DNA of 59,907 nt from a virus (lineage: Duplodnaviria; Caudoviricetes), in the IMG/VR virus record IMGVR_UViG_3300003086_000042, positions 1 through 59,907 of that record; one strand, written 5' to 3'. The position numbers and the translations under genes are program-made. This document shows positions 20,213 to 30,751 of this stretch, piece after piece. How positions within the stretch are numbered: the stretch's first letter is position 1; the number at the start of each line of letters is the position of its first letter. Under the pieces are notes generated by a model. It did not search any database. It saw nothing but the letters and a program-made list of their open reading frames with translations, and was not told the DNA's origin.

Positions 20213-20710
20213 CTAAATCAATCTTGTTGAATTTTTCTTTGGTTCTTTGCATAAGTCCCATAATAAATAACCTCCAGATTCTTTTAAAACTCCTATATAC
20301 TTTAACTCTGGGTCAAGAGGGAAGTCTAACTTAAAGGGAGGTAACCCCTCTCCTTTAACTACAGACCCTGCTCCATCCACATATTTAACGTATTCTATAG
20401 GCTTATATATTAGAGGTACATAATGAGTCTTATTGTACTCAAATAATGTACCTCTACTATCTATCCATTTGTATGCTTTACCGTTTAACTGTATAACATC
20501 CCTAACACTATTGACAGCTTTGGTCAATCTATATAATACTTCATCGTCTATCCTTATTCTACGAATACCTAAGGTACTACCCTCTAATGAAGTATCGTCT
20601 ATTATTTTATCCCCATACTTATCTCTAATAACTAGCTTAGTACCTTCATTACGAATATACTCAGCTGTTCTAATAGGGTATACGGGGAATAGTAATTTAG
20701 ACCAATTCAC
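20213..20710 (-). CDS. T5-like conserved hypothetical protein downstream of polymerase
   Basis: FPVY, IDD..L.G...G.RR; start uncertain. Confidence 0.7.
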   Translation of the reverse strand: MNWSKLLFPVYPIRTAEYIRNEGTKLVIRDKYGDKIIDDTSLEGSTLGIRRIRIDDEVLYRLTKAVNSVRDVIQLNGKAYKWIDSRGTLFEYNKTHYVPLIYKPIEYVKYVDGAGSVVKGEGLPPFKLDFPLDPELKYIGVLKESGGYLLWDLCKEPKKNSTRLI

Positions 20711-22958
20711 TGTACTGTTTTTCAAACTTACCGAATGAGTAATCATCTCCAATTTCTACATCCACACCGATTGGACTACCTGCAATAGATAACCCACGAT
20801 CTTTTTGAGTAAACTCTGCCATTTTCTTACAGAATATCTCTACTTGATCTTCTCTTACGTGTGCTACAATTGAATCGTGTACTAGAGCAAAGATATCCCC
20901 ATCAATACCTTCTTCTTTCATCCAATTATGGGTTTCAATAGCTGCTAATAGATTGATATCACTAGCCACCGATTGAACTAAGAAATTAATACCTGATCTT
21001 ATTTCATGAGAAGCAATTCCTTGGTCTCTAGACTTAACATTAGGTAATCTTCTTTTTCTTCCCAATAATGAGTAAATACTTCCCTTTGCTTTAATTTCTT
21101 CTTTAGAAGTATCAAGCCATAGCTTTAATGTTGGGAATGTTTCAAAGTATTTATTAATAGTATCTTTGGCTTGTTGTATAGAGAAAGGTTTTCCACTATC
21201 CTTTGTTACGGTTTGAGATACTTTAGCTGGGCCACTACCATACATAATTCCGAATGTAATAGCTTTAGCAGCTTGTCTAGCCGTAGGATTATTATTTTTT
21301 ACATCTTCAACAGCATCTCTTAACCCGAATACCATTTTAGCAATAGTAGAGTGTAAGTCACCGCCGGTTTTAAATACATTCTGTAATTTAATATCATTAC
21401 TAAGGACAGAGGCAACATAGACTTCAGCAGTTGCTAAATCCTGCGATACAATTTTATAACCTGGTAATGCTTTTACACACCCTTTAACAGCAGCATTATC
21501 TCTAGGTAATTGCTGCATATTAATCTTTCCACTACTTGATAATCTTCCTGAAGTAGTAGAAGTTAAATTAAAGCCAGTTCTGATTCTATTATCGGCATCA
21601 AGCTCAGGTATAATCTTATCCAAATATGTATTCTTAATTTTAGTTTTTTGTCTTATATCAAGAATTACCCCAGGAATAGCATGCTCAGAAGATAACTGTT
21701 TTAATACATCAGCATCAGTAGATTGAGCACCAGTACCAGTTAATTTACCTGTAGGAGTTAATCCTAAGTAATCAAATAGTAGTACTCTTAGTTGCATTAC
21801 ACTATTTGGGTTAAAAATCTTACCTTGAGCCTTTTCAAATGCGTGTATCTCAGCATATTCATACAACTTATCTTTAGCTTTAGTAATTTCCCCTTCCATT
21901 AGTTTCTGAACTCTTTCTAGTCTACCAATATCGAAAGGAATACCATTTTGTTCTACATCTTTTAAGAATATCATACCAGGTACCATAAGTGTTTTATATA
22001 CCTTCTTTAACGCATCTGACTTCACGATTAGATTAGAAAACTTATTGTATAATTCATATGTAACTGCAGTATCAATTGCAGCATACTCAGATAGAATATC
22101 GAAAGGAATTAAATCATATGTAAAATCTCCTTTCAGTATCTTATGGTCTCTGCAATACTTTACTCTAAATTCATCTAGAGCTTTATCATAATCTCCATAG
22201 TCTGTATACTTCATAGCCAATTGTTTTAGACCATGAGAACCCTGTGTTTCATCCAATACATAATGCATTAGCATAGTATCAGATACTTTAGGAAACTCAA
22301 ATCCAAAATGATACTCAAGCATCTTTAAGTCAAACTTAGCGTTATGAAATACTACTAGTCTACTGGAGAACAAAGCTTGCATAAGTCTTTCAGTGTCCTC
22401 TCCAATACATTCGGTAGATATGTAAACACCTTGTTTACCCTTATGTGAAATGCTAATGCCCAGTACGTAACCGTCTCTCGGGTATAAAGCCGTTGTTTCC
22501 GTGTCACATGCAATAAATTTAACTGCATCATCCTCGAGTACCGATCGAAGATATTCATTTGCCCTTTTTTCATCTGTTATGCCCTCAAAAGTACCAGATA
22601 CAGTTGGCGGCTTCTCGCCTGCTATATATCCGTGTAGTTTACCCAATGTTTTATCCCAAAGAGGTTTAGCTTCGGGCTTAAAACTTAACATTGCAGGATT
22701 AATCATAGGGATAAATTTATCATCTACTAGATGCCCTGCAAACTCTGTAACTGAACTTATACCTGCAATATATTTAGCAGCTTCAGAACCGATTAGTACA
22801 ACAAAATCGTAATCATCGGCACTAAACTCTAAGTCAACATCCCTCTTTAGTAATTTTTTTACCTTCACAGAGGACAGGTGATGTTGTTCAAAATCAAAAT
22901 TGAAAAATCTATCGTATCTAACATTGTTAGGATTTTTATCTACTACTGCAACTTTCAC
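20697..22958 (-). CDS. Family A DNA polymerase (T5-like)
   Basis: DTET exo I, FHNAKFD, SGRLSSS, DLATAE, RQAAKAITFGIMYG, LVHDS. Confidence 0.97.
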   Translation of the reverse strand: MKVAVVDKNPNNVRYDRFFNFDFEQHHLSSVKVKKLLKRDVDLEFSADDYDFVVLIGSEAAKYIAGISSVTEFAGHLVDDKFIPMINPAMLSFKPEAKPLWDKTLGKLHGYIAGEKPPTVSGTFEGITDEKRANEYLRSVLEDDAVKFIACDTETTALYPRDGYVLGISISHKGKQGVYISTECIGEDTERLMQALFSSRLVVFHNAKFDLKMLEYHFGFEFPKVSDTMLMHYVLDETQGSHGLKQLAMKYTDYGDYDKALDEFRVKYCRDHKILKGDFTYDLIPFDILSEYAAIDTAVTYELYNKFSNLIVKSDALKKVYKTLMVPGMIFLKDVEQNGIPFDIGRLERVQKLMEGEITKAKDKLYEYAEIHAFEKAQGKIFNPNSVMQLRVLLFDYLGLTPTGKLTGTGAQSTDADVLKQLSSEHAIPGVILDIRQKTKIKNTYLDKIIPELDADNRIRTGFNLTSTTSGRLSSSGKINMQQLPRDNAAVKGCVKALPGYKIVSQDLATAEVYVASVLSNDIKLQNVFKTGGDLHSTIAKMVFGLRDAVEDVKNNNPTARQAAKAITFGIMYGSGPAKVSQTVTKDSGKPFSIQQAKDTINKYFETFPTLKLWLDTSKEEIKAKGSIYSLLGRKRRLPNVKSRDQGIASHEIRSGINFLVQSVASDINLLAAIETHNWMKEEGIDGDIFALVHDSIVAHVREDQVEIFCKKMAEFTQKDRGLSIAGSPIGVDVEIGDDYSFGKFEKQYSELV

Positions 22959-22993
22959 TATCTTCTTCTCCTTTTTTTATTTTCCAAAGAGAT

Positions 22994-23022
22994 ATTATAT
23001 CGTCTTTTAAGGAAAATGTCAA
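22994..23022 (-). promoter_or_regulatory. sigma70 promoter
   Basis: TTGACA-17-TATAAT. Confidence 0.85.
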
Positions 23023-23025
23023 GAC

Positions 23026-23874
23026 TTAATCTTGTTTTAACATATTAATAATGTGATTCACTTGCGTCTGATTAAGCGAACCAGGGTCTAATCCTTCTTC
23101 ATTCTGTAAACTCATGCTCTCTATATCCACAATAAAATCTTCTTCAAGAAGTCTTTTTGCTTCTATTGCGCCTGCTAGTCCAGCTCCATCCCCATCAAAC
23201 ATAACCCATATCTTAGATACACCTTGAAGTTTTAATGCTCTCATATTCTCTACATTGATATTTTTAACCCCTAGTACTGCTACAGCATTTGGGACTCCTT
23301 TATCAATTAAATTTAGAGCATCAAATATTCCTTCAACTAAAATTATACTTCCATACACAGTTTTAACTTTCGCTGGGAATAATGGCAGTTCTACATTAGC
23401 TGGGCTAATATTATATTTAGGGTCGGCATTACTGTTTACATATCTACCAATAAATGCCTTAATCCTTCCTGTAATATCTTTTAATGGGAATACTACTCTA
23501 CCTACATGTTCAGAGTCGTTATGAGTAAATGCTCCTACACTTATGTAAGTTTCTGCTTTAATATTTCTATAATCTTTATTAAAAGGTACAGAATTAGATG
23601 GTATAGATAACCCTATTGAGGATTGTCTAATTCTACTAATTTTATCTTGTAGCTTCTTTACTTTAATATTCTGCCAATCTCTAGATACATTGTATAGTTT
23701 AAATACGTTTCCCTTAAAGCCACAACTAAAGCACTGGTAAGACCCAGTTAACTTATCGATGTGCATACTAGGGTTATTATCTTCATGCTCTGGATTTAGA
23801 CATCTAACTACATAATCCTGCCCTTTTGGGGTAAAGGATATTCTTCTATCATTTAATAATTCTTCTACATTCAT
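23026..23874 (-). CDS. DNA primase
   Basis: C...H...PS...CFSC zinc finger, VEGIFD, FDGDGAG, DPG. Confidence 0.93.
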   Translation of the reverse strand: MNVEELLNDRRISFTPKGQDYVVRCLNPEHEDNNPSMHIDKLTGSYQCFSCGFKGNVFKLYNVSRDWQNIKVKKLQDKISRIRQSSIGLSIPSNSVPFNKDYRNIKAETYISVGAFTHNDSEHVGRVVFPLKDITGRIKAFIGRYVNSNADPKYNISPANVELPLFPAKVKTVYGSIILVEGIFDALNLIDKGVPNAVAVLGVKNINVENMRALKLQGVSKIWVMFDGDGAGLAGAIEAKRLLEEDFIVDIESMSLQNEEGLDPGSLNQTQVNHIINMLKQD

Positions 23875-23880
23875 ATATTT

Positions 23881-25269
23881 TTACCATGGTAAGTCATCTT
23901 TATCTCTAGCACCTGCTTTTCTTTTTGGAAAAGGAGACGTATCATCATCATCGTCATCTGACTTCTTACTAGGTTTAGGAATATCAACTGGAGAAATCTT
24001 TAAAGAATCCCAATCAATAGGAGAGGTAAACTCAACTTCAGGTCCCGATCTAGTTTTAGTAGATGTTAAAGTTATGGCACCATCTTCTTTAGTATGTGAC
24101 TCTAATAAGAAGGCAATATCAGGTGAATCTAATAGTCCTTTGGAAAATCTTGCTTCACCTTTTTTATCAATCTGATAAGGACTTATCATAACTAAATCAT
24201 GCTTACGACCATACTCTTTTAGCTTCTTACTTGCAAAGATTTGGCTCTTCCAGTCGTATATATCTCCGATACCAGTATCAACTTGGTTTACATAGTCAAC
24301 TACACATAGGGTTAAACTATCTCCGAATTGTGCTTTTAATTTTTGTAACTGTACATCTATAGATGTTAAGCTTAATTCTCTATCATCAATAATTACTATC
24401 TGGTTAGCAGGCTTAATGGTACATTCAGATAATAACTCCTTTTCAAATCTTATTGGGTCTTGGTGTTCCCCATACTTTGTATACGCCTCGTCACTATCCT
24501 CGAACATATCTGCTCGCATTTTTACTAATTTCTTATATTGTGCTTGACTCAATGTATTCTTTTTAATATCAGAAAAAGGTATCCCTGTTAGCATACTACT
24601 AATTCTTTCCATCGTTTCATTGGCTGTCATCTCAATAGTAAATAGTACCGCCGTATTCCCCATTAAATATTGGTTAGCTACCATGTTTGCACTTACTAAA
24701 GATTTTCCAGAGCCTCTTTCTCCACCAATCATAATATAATCTTGTCTGAAGGCTCCGCCCCACTCTCCATCGAAAGTGTTATTAATTCCTAAATAAATCT
24801 GTTCTTGTTTCTTAGCTTCTATATCTTTGAATAAACTAAAGTTATCCATAGTTGTGACAACTTCTGCTGTAGAAGTTTGTTCGTCTAACTTCATAACTAT
24901 TTCAGACAGACTGTGTTTAATATCTTCAGAGTCCATTAGGGTTACTTTGTCTACATAATCATCAATAAGATTTAAAGCTGTATTTTGAGTATATTGGTCA
25001 ATTAAAGCATCAATTGCTAAGTCTAAGTCTATATCTGGTACATCTTCTAAATCTTCTAATGCAACGATATCTTGTCTTAGTACTTCATTTCTTGCTTTAG
25101 TGTTTAATTCTTCAAAGTTTGGTATATCATTATAGTCTAAATAATATCGCCTAATCGAAGAATATATAGAGTTATATGCTGAATCGAAAAAAGCTAACTT
25201 TATTCTCGCCCAACCATCAAGGCTCTTTTCATTGACCAGTTTGTGAAGTACAACTGCTCCAATATCCAT
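23881..25269 (-). CDS. DnaB-like replicative helicase
   Basis: GERGSGKS, FTIEM, VVDYVNQ. Confidence 0.92.
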   Translation of the reverse strand: MDIGAVVLHKLVNEKSLDGWARIKLAFFDSAYNSIYSSIRRYYLDYNDIPNFEELNTKARNEVLRQDIVALEDLEDVPDIDLDLAIDALIDQYTQNTALNLIDDYVDKVTLMDSEDIKHSLSEIVMKLDEQTSTAEVVTTMDNFSLFKDIEAKKQEQIYLGINNTFDGEWGGAFRQDYIMIGGERGSGKSLVSANMVANQYLMGNTAVLFTIEMTANETMERISSMLTGIPFSDIKKNTLSQAQYKKLVKMRADMFEDSDEAYTKYGEHQDPIRFEKELLSECTIKPANQIVIIDDRELSLTSIDVQLQKLKAQFGDSLTLCVVDYVNQVDTGIGDIYDWKSQIFASKKLKEYGRKHDLVMISPYQIDKKGEARFSKGLLDSPDIAFLLESHTKEDGAITLTSTKTRSGPEVEFTSPIDWDSLKISPVDIPKPSKKSDDDDDDTSPFPKRKAGARDKDDLPW

Positions 25270-25568
25270 TATTCAACCTTTTTCTCATTATCCATAATAA
25301 CTTGACATAGTTCTTCACCAAGTTTTCTATGCATTTCCTTCCTAAGTTCATTTAACTTGCTATCATATAATGCTCCTGAATCGTACAGTAACTCCAATTG
25401 TTCCTGGGTTATTAGTTGTTGGATTCCAAAATAAATTAAATCCCAAGGATCATTGCTGCTAGGGTACACTTTAACTTCTGTACCTGGACCATACAAGTGC
25501 AGATTACGTCTAACAACTTCATCTGAAGTTAGACTTTCTATATCAGCGTATTTTATTACCACTTTCAT
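25269..25568 (-). CDS. Hypothetical protein
   Basis: ATG after GGAG; stop overlaps helicase start. Confidence 0.6.
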   Translation of the reverse strand: MKVVIKYADIESLTSDEVVRRNLHLYGPGTEVKVYPSSNDPWDLIYFGIQQLITQEQLELLYDSGALYDSKLNELRKEMHRKLGEELCQVIMDNEKKVE

Positions 25569-25584
25569 AATAATCTCCAAACGA

Positions 25585-25622
25585 AAAAATGGGGGATTCA
25601 ACGTCGTATTGAAGCCCCCAAA
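25585..25622 (-). terminator. Intrinsic terminator after D5
   Basis: GGGGG/CCCCC stem followed by T-tract. Confidence 0.7.
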
Positions 25623-25636
25623 TTATTAACTAATAA

Positions 25637-26377
25637 TTAAGCTGCGGCAGCTGCGTTCTTAGCGGCTTTTTTAGCTCCATCATAGTCTGCACAAGTAACA
25701 CCACGACGTGTTAACATTGTTTTAACACCACGAACAGTCTTTTCAATAGACTCAGCAATTTGCTCTACAGTCATAGCAGAGATATCGCCTAATGCACCTA
25801 ATGCATCAATTTTAGTTGCAGCACGAGATTCTTTTTGCTTAGGAATTGAATCAATCTCACCAGCACGTAGGAAAGACAATGCTTTACCACGAACAGAGTT
25901 AATTGACTTACCTAATGCGTCTGCAATTTCTTCAACGTAGGCAGAGTTACCAACCATTTCTAAGAAAGTTGCTTCTTCTGCAGTAGTATATGTACGTGCT
26001 ACTTCAACTTTCTCAGCTGGCTTAACATTAGCTGTTAACTCCATAGAAAGTAGTTTACCTTGGATACTCTTTGAAGAGTATTTGCCGTCTGCAAATGCTT
26101 CAGCAATTTGTGCGTATGTGTATGCACCAACATTAGCTTCAACAAAATCACGTAAAGCGATTTCTTCTGTGTCTGTAAATGCTTTTTTAGATACTGAAGA
26201 TGCTAATTCAACGTCATAACCCATTTTACGTAGCTTAGAGCTAATAGATCTTGCAGTAGTTTCTAGTGTATCTGCTGCTTCTAATACTGTTGCTTGTGAA
26301 ATTGGTGTTACATCACCAACATACTCTACTAATGTGTTTGTACGGTCTTCAGTCCATTTTGGGATATTATTACTCAT
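25637..26377 (-). CDS. T5 D5-like DNA-binding protein
   Basis: Tandem HTH-like repeats (RSISSKLRKMG, NSVRGKALS, RGVKTMLTRRG), DYDGA C-terminus. Confidence 0.88.
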   Translation of the reverse strand: MSNNIPKWTEDRTNTLVEYVGDVTPISQATVLEAADTLETTARSISSKLRKMGYDVELASSVSKKAFTDTEEIALRDFVEANVGAYTYAQIAEAFADGKYSSKSIQGKLLSMELTANVKPAEKVEVARTYTTAEEATFLEMVGNSAYVEEIADALGKSINSVRGKALSFLRAGEIDSIPKQKESRAATKIDALGALGDISAMTVEQIAESIEKTVRGVKTMLTRRGVTCADYDGAKKAAKNAAAAA

Positions 26378-26403
26378 AATTCTTTTTGTTCCTATTTATT
26401 ATT

Positions 26404-27165
26404 TTAAATTAAATTAACCAATTGTTTGATTGTCACAATTGGAATGTTAAGAGATTCGGCCTTTGTTCTCTTACTAGAACTCTTTCCTGTCTCATCTACT
26501 AAATAATCTGTATTCTTAGATATTGAGGTAGTAACTTTAAATCCTAGACTCCTAAGATATTCGCCTGCCTCATTTCTATTTTTAAAATCATCTAACTTTC
26601 CCGTTATCACTGCTGTTAAGTCTAATACTTCGACAACAGTGTCTTTTTTCTCTGGGGACTTAAATGTAAACGGTAATACATCTAAGTTTCCAACGAACTC
26701 TTTGTCTATCCAAGATAGTAGAGAGTCGCATGCCTTAGGCCCTAACCCAGCATCTGTGCAAGTCTTATGCGTAATGTCATCTATATGATGTACTTTATCT
26801 GTGATTTTTCTTGCTGCCGTGCTACCGATTAGGTTTATTGAAAAGGCATTGAGTAACTTATCTAAAGACGATTCTTTTGATAGTTCTAGTTGATTCGCTA
26901 GTTTAGTACCTAGCTTATCTCCTATTACATTAATCATTTCTTGGATAGACAAGTTGTATAGGTCAATAACTGTTGAAATGCCTAGTTTCTCTATCGTCTT
27001 CGGTCCGAGTCCTTTTATCTTTAGCACCTTTGAAAAATGCTCTAATTTTTTGGAACTTTGCGCCTCACACAATGAGTTTCTACAAAATAACTGGTCTTTC
27101 ACCAGTTCCAAACTACTACCACAAGAAGGGCATGAGGTTGGTGGATTAATTGGTTTACATCTCAT
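26404..27165 (-). CDS. NAD-dependent DNA ligase subunit B (Zn finger, HhH, BRCT)
   Basis: PTSCPSC...LFCRN..C, IKGLGP, ITGKL BRCT. Confidence 0.92.
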   Translation of the reverse strand: MRCKPINPPTSCPSCGSSLELVKDQLFCRNSLCEAQSSKKLEHFSKVLKIKGLGPKTIEKLGISTVIDLYNLSIQEMINVIGDKLGTKLANQLELSKESSLDKLLNAFSINLIGSTAARKITDKVHHIDDITHKTCTDAGLGPKACDSLLSWIDKEFVGNLDVLPFTFKSPEKKDTVVEVLDLTAVITGKLDDFKNRNEAGEYLRSLGFKVTTSISKNTDYLVDETGKSSSKRTKAESLNIPIVTIKQLVNLI

Positions 27166-27191
27166 AGTTATTCTTTCATTTTATAATAGTA

Positions 27192-27220
27192 ATTATACTT
27201 TAAATTCAGCTGAATGTCAA
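27192..27220 (-). promoter_or_regulatory. sigma70 promoter between the ligase halves
   Basis: TTGACA-17-TATAAT. Confidence 0.85.
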
Positions 27221-27253
27221 GAATTAAATTTTGTCAGGTAGAGTAAAATTTCT

Positions 27254-28186
27254 TTAAACTCGTTTTACAATCATTGGAATAATCTTTCCACTTCTTATAA
27301 CCTCAACTCTACACCCAATTTCCAAATCTAGACCTTCAATATATGCCATGTTATTCAAAGTTGCCCTTGAAATATTAGCATCATCTATATTAATCGGGTC
27401 TAGGATTGCTACGGGGGTAACCTTACCACTTTTCCCTGTTTGCCAAACTACATCTAAGAGGGTAGTAATAACACCCTCTTCTCTAGTTTTTAGAGCATAA
27501 GCTCCTCTAGGGTGGTGGGAAGTAAATCCTAATTCTTCAAATCTAGGGTTGTAATTAACTCGAAATACTTTTCCATCTTCTGGAAACATACTCCAATCAC
27601 CATTAGTTACTGTATTGAACCCTGCCGCTTCTAGTATATACATATCATTAATATATGTAGTGGTAGAGGCGGGTTGAGCATTATATGCTATAAAAGTTAG
27701 CTCTCTTTTTGAAAACTCATTCACGTCTTTTAGATTGAGTGCTCCAGCTGCATAGTTTCTAGCATTAGAAATCTCTTTTGGAGCCACTATCTCTCCAGTC
27801 ACTTGTAAGTCATCCCAGCAAGATAAATTTAAAGGTATAATACTATCTGGAGACATAAACTTATCAGTAATATCTACTCCTGCTTTACCATCCCCACGAG
27901 TAATAACTTTATATAGTTTTCCTCCTTTATACTGAATAGCAATAGCTGCACCATCCAATTTAGTAGTTTCAATTACTTGACCCCCTAAATCTGGAGCTGT
28001 ACCCTCACCCTCAAATACTTTTTGAAGTGAGTATAACGGGAACATATGTTCAACTCTAGCATCTGGGTTATATCCCACTTTCTCGTATTTCTGAGTTTCG
28101 GCTAGGTTATCAAATTCTGTATCGGTTAAAAAAGGCTTACCTTCATAGTAAGCCTTTGCTGCTTCGTCTAGTAATTTATCATTCAT
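27254..28186 (-). CDS. NAD-dependent DNA ligase subunit A
   Basis: AYY.G.P...D.EFD, KLDG, TRGDG, RATLNN, RSGKIIP. Confidence 0.94.
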   Translation of the reverse strand: MNDKLLDEAAKAYYEGKPFLTDTEFDNLAETQKYEKVGYNPDARVEHMFPLYSLQKVFEGEGTAPDLGGQVIETTKLDGAAIAIQYKGGKLYKVITRGDGKAGVDITDKFMSPDSIIPLNLSCWDDLQVTGEIVAPKEISNARNYAAGALNLKDVNEFSKRELTFIAYNAQPASTTTYINDMYILEAAGFNTVTNGDWSMFPEDGKVFRVNYNPRFEELGFTSHHPRGAYALKTREEGVITTLLDVVWQTGKSGKVTPVAILDPINIDDANISRATLNNMAYIEGLDLEIGCRVEVIRSGKIIPMIVKRV

Positions 28187-28475
28187 CTGGGTATATATCC
28201 TTTAGTATTCCTGAAAAGTGTTTTCTTATTTGTTCCTTACTCTCTGCTAAAGACAGTATTTCTACTAAGGCTTCGAAAAGTAACCCTGTGCTTACTAAGT
28301 TTAGAGGAATAGTTATCCCTTCCTTAGTAGGCTTCCAGTCCCCTTCAAAGTCAAGATAATATTTACGCATACTAAAATACTCTACACCACGAAACTGTGA
28401 AACAGTTACATGAACTTGTAGAAACTTATCTGAATCTTCGTAAATTACCTTTTCGTAGAAATCTTCTTCTTCCAT
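28179..28475 (-). CDS. PC4-like ssDNA-binding protein
   Basis: VSQFRG..Y...RKYY....G.WKPTKEGITIP. Confidence 0.8.
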   Translation of the reverse strand: MEEEDFYEKVIYEDSDKFLQVHVTVSQFRGVEYFSMRKYYLDFEGDWKPTKEGITIPLNLVSTGLLFEALVEILSLAESKEQIRKHFSGILKDIYPDE

Positions 28476-28482
28476 TGAGTTC

Positions 28483-28749
28483 TTACCATGTACGTCCCAT
28501 TATTGTATTTAATGGTATAACGTTCTTAATTCGAGTTGGGTCTAACTGCTTATATGAATCAGTATCCCAGCAAAATAATAAAATATTACTTTCTCGTTTT
28601 GTTAGTTTATTTGTCTTTGAGCATATATACTCATTGTCAAAGTTCATAGTACATATATTATACTTTGTACGGTTAGAAACCGGACTTTTGTGTATAATAC
28701 ATGCATCATTTGCCCCTTCCATGTGGGCTATAAAGGTTTTTTTATTCAT
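28483..28749 (-). CDS. T5-like conserved hypothetical protein
   Basis: CT.NFDNEYI, LLFCWDTDSY. Confidence 0.7.
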   Translation of the reverse strand: MNKKTFIAHMEGANDACIIHKSPVSNRTKYNICTMNFDNEYICSKTNKLTKRESNILLFCWDTDSYKQLDPTRIKNVIPLNTIMGRTW

Positions 28750-29401
28750 TGTTAAGCCTGATACCAAGCTCTTTCAAATGTTTTAGACTACCAAGTTCAT
28801 ACCAAGGTTGATATGCAAATCTAGCGTTGTTGCCGTATACCCAAATTCTATATACTTTGCCATGTAGTTTGTCTACTTGGGCTAACCCATTATCACTTAC
28901 TGAGCCCTTAAACTTCGATGAACCTACTATTGAAGCAGTTGAATTATACCTTGCAGACCAAACAATCTCTCCTGCGGTATAATCTTCTGTAATAATTTCG
29001 TCTGGTATTAGTTCTGGATGAAAATAATCAGTACCAATACCTCTAAGAGGCACACTGTTGTTTGTTAATATACTTTTGACAAACCCTGCAGACCTATACA
29101 TTCTTTTTGATATATCTGCAATTGGGTCTCCCTCAATATACTCTTGAATAGCACGTTTAGTTTCACTTTCTGTAGCTGATTTACCACGATTGCGTTTCTT
29201 CATTTTAGCAATAAACGCTAGGGTTTCTTCGTACCCTTTTACTATATTATTTAGTCGAGTTGTATTATATGTAATATTTAATATTCTACACGCTTCTTTT
29301 TTAGTAATGGGTTTATCTGCTGTTAATAAGGATAATACGTACTTTAATGTATTGTCATCTAATTTCTCAGATGCTTTAGCCTTTACACGTCTGCCTGCCA
29401 T
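28742..29401 (-). CDS. T5 D2-like protein
   Basis: TKKEAC..L, EYIEGD.I..I....YRS..FVK, YRIW, YELGSLKHL. Confidence 0.82.
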   Translation of the reverse strand: MAGRRVKAKASEKLDDNTLKYVLSLLTADKPITKKEACRILNITYNTTRLNNIVKGYEETLAFIAKMKKRNRGKSATESETKRAIQEYIEGDPIADISKRMYRSAGFVKSILTNNSVPLRGIGTDYFHPELIPDEIITEDYTAGEIVWSARYNSTASIVGSSKFKGSVSDNGLAQVDKLHGKVYRIWVYGNNARFAYQPWYELGSLKHLKELGIRLNNE

Positions 29402-29404
29402 AAG

Positions 29405-29761
29405 TTAACCCTCGTTAGCTTTAGTCAGTACACCTGCCATATATTGGGCTGCTTTGCCCGAAAGTTTAGAAATGATATCTGTGTCTGGCTCTTGTCCAGT
29501 ATCAGAGATTGCGGCAATTAACGCATCATGGCTATCTTGCTTAGATACGCGTTTAGTTCCGCTAGTTGATGAAGAAGACTTAGTTGCTGCTTCTTTTTTG
29601 ATATATACACCTGCTTTGCTAAGAATCATTCGTACTCCGTTCTTAGATTGACCTAGTTGGTCAGCGATGTCTCCTACAATCTCCACTGATGTCTCTGCTG
29701 TTGGATTTGCATCCTCGTACATTTTAATTGCTTCTGCTCTACTGTCGTCGTCCCATGCCAT
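29405..29761 (-). CDS. T5 D3-like DNA-binding protein
   Basis: SVEIV..IA...G...NGVRMIL.KAGVYIKK, RVSK, IISKLSGKAA. Confidence 0.85.
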   Translation of the reverse strand: MAWDDDSRAEAIKMYEDANPTAETSVEIVGDIADQLGQSKNGVRMILSKAGVYIKKEAATKSSSSTSGTKRVSKQDSHDALIAAISDTGQEPDTDIISKLSGKAAQYMAGVLTKANEG

Positions 29762-29821
29762 ATGAGTTTCTCCTTTGTTGGTTTAAAATATTTTCTTGAA
29801 ATTTATCAATTTCAAAAAGAT

Positions 29822-29850
29822 ATTATACTTCAATTTAAGGATTTTGTCAA
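29822..29850 (-). promoter_or_regulatory. sigma70 promoter
   Basis: TTGACA-17-TATAAT. Confidence 0.85.
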
Positions 29851-29888
29851 GAAGTAATTTAAGCTGTGCAGCTCAATACTCTATATTT

Positions 29889-30356
29889 TTATTTGTAGGT
29901 TACTACCTCTATCTCGTCGTCAACTGCTAATGCTGCAGATATACTTACTGTGGTTCCGTTTGTTGCGGTGAACTCTGACTTTCTTAGCTTCAGTCTATTT
30001 ATAAATACCATAACAAAATTAGGATCATATGTTGTTGCACTACCTACTACCACATAGGAGTATTCTGTAGTAGTAGGGTCTACTACTGTAATAACATCTG
30101 ACTCTTCATATACATTTAATGAAGTAGTAGTTATAATATCTTGTAACGTTGAGCCTTCTACACCTGCTTGCCAGGTACTTGTAGCTTCATTGTAGTGAAG
30201 TAAAGCATCGGGGGCTGTGCCTCTCTTTATTCTAAATCCGGCGAAACCGTCGGATGCACCGTTCCCAGTTTCTCCTTGGTTTAACTCTATCTCATTATCT
30301 CTGAACTTAAAGCTTTTAGTAGTAAATACTACATCAGCCATGAAATTTAATGCCAT
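29889..30356 (-). CDS. Stand-alone virion/fibre-like domain protein
   Basis: DNEIELNQGETG.G.....AG..I.RGT.PDA motif seen in phage structural proteins. Confidence 0.55.
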   Translation of the reverse strand: MALNFMADVVFTTKSFKFRDNEIELNQGETGNGASDGFAGFRIKRGTAPDALLHYNEATSTWQAGVEGSTLQDIITTTSLNVYEESDVITVVDPTTTEYSYVVVGSATTYDPNFVMVFINRLKLRKSEFTATNGTTVSISAALAVDDEIEVVTYK

Positions 30357-30425
30357 ACCTTACCCTTTAGCTTAATTAGTTGATAACCTGTTACTGTATC
30401 TTATTATTTACAGTTCTATCCCTAT

Positions 30426-30454
30426 ATTATACAATGGGGTAACCACAATGTCAA
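30426..30454 (-). promoter_or_regulatory. sigma70 promoter
   Basis: TTGACA-17-TATAAT. Confidence 0.85.
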
Positions 30455-30478
30455 GGAAAATTTTTTATACCTGAGGGG

Positions 30479-30507
30479 CAAAAAAGCCCGCTATAAAGCA
30501 GGCTTTC
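30479..30507 (-). terminator. Intrinsic terminator
   Basis: AAAGCCTGC-TTTATA-GCGGGCTTTTTT. Confidence 0.8.
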
Positions 30508-30529
30508 GATTTACTCTAAATTGTAAAGT

Positions 30530-30751
30530 TTACTTACTAGTAAAGATATGGTAAATTACGGCTAATGACGCCAAACCTACGAGACCAGCATTGCCAAGCG
30601 CTGCGATGATACCAGTAATTGTGCCGATAATGTCGCCACCGATGAATGGCACTGTGCCACCAAATATTACTTGTAATACGATTGCTAGTGCGATTAATGC
30701 CACACCTGCTTCTGTTCCGGCTTTGATCCAGCCTACGATTTTATCTAACAT
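30530..30751 (-). CDS. Small hydrophobic membrane protein
   Basis: 73 aa, own promoter (30813-30840), RBS and terminator. Confidence 0.75.
   Translation of the reverse strand: MLDKIVGWIKAGTEAGVALIALAIVLQVIFGGTVPFIGGDIIGTITGIIAALGNAGLVGLASLAVIYHIFTSK

Noticed and set aside
26404-28186. Split NAD ligase as pseudogene or intron
   Set aside because: A two-gene ligase is a known T5 feature; both parts are intact
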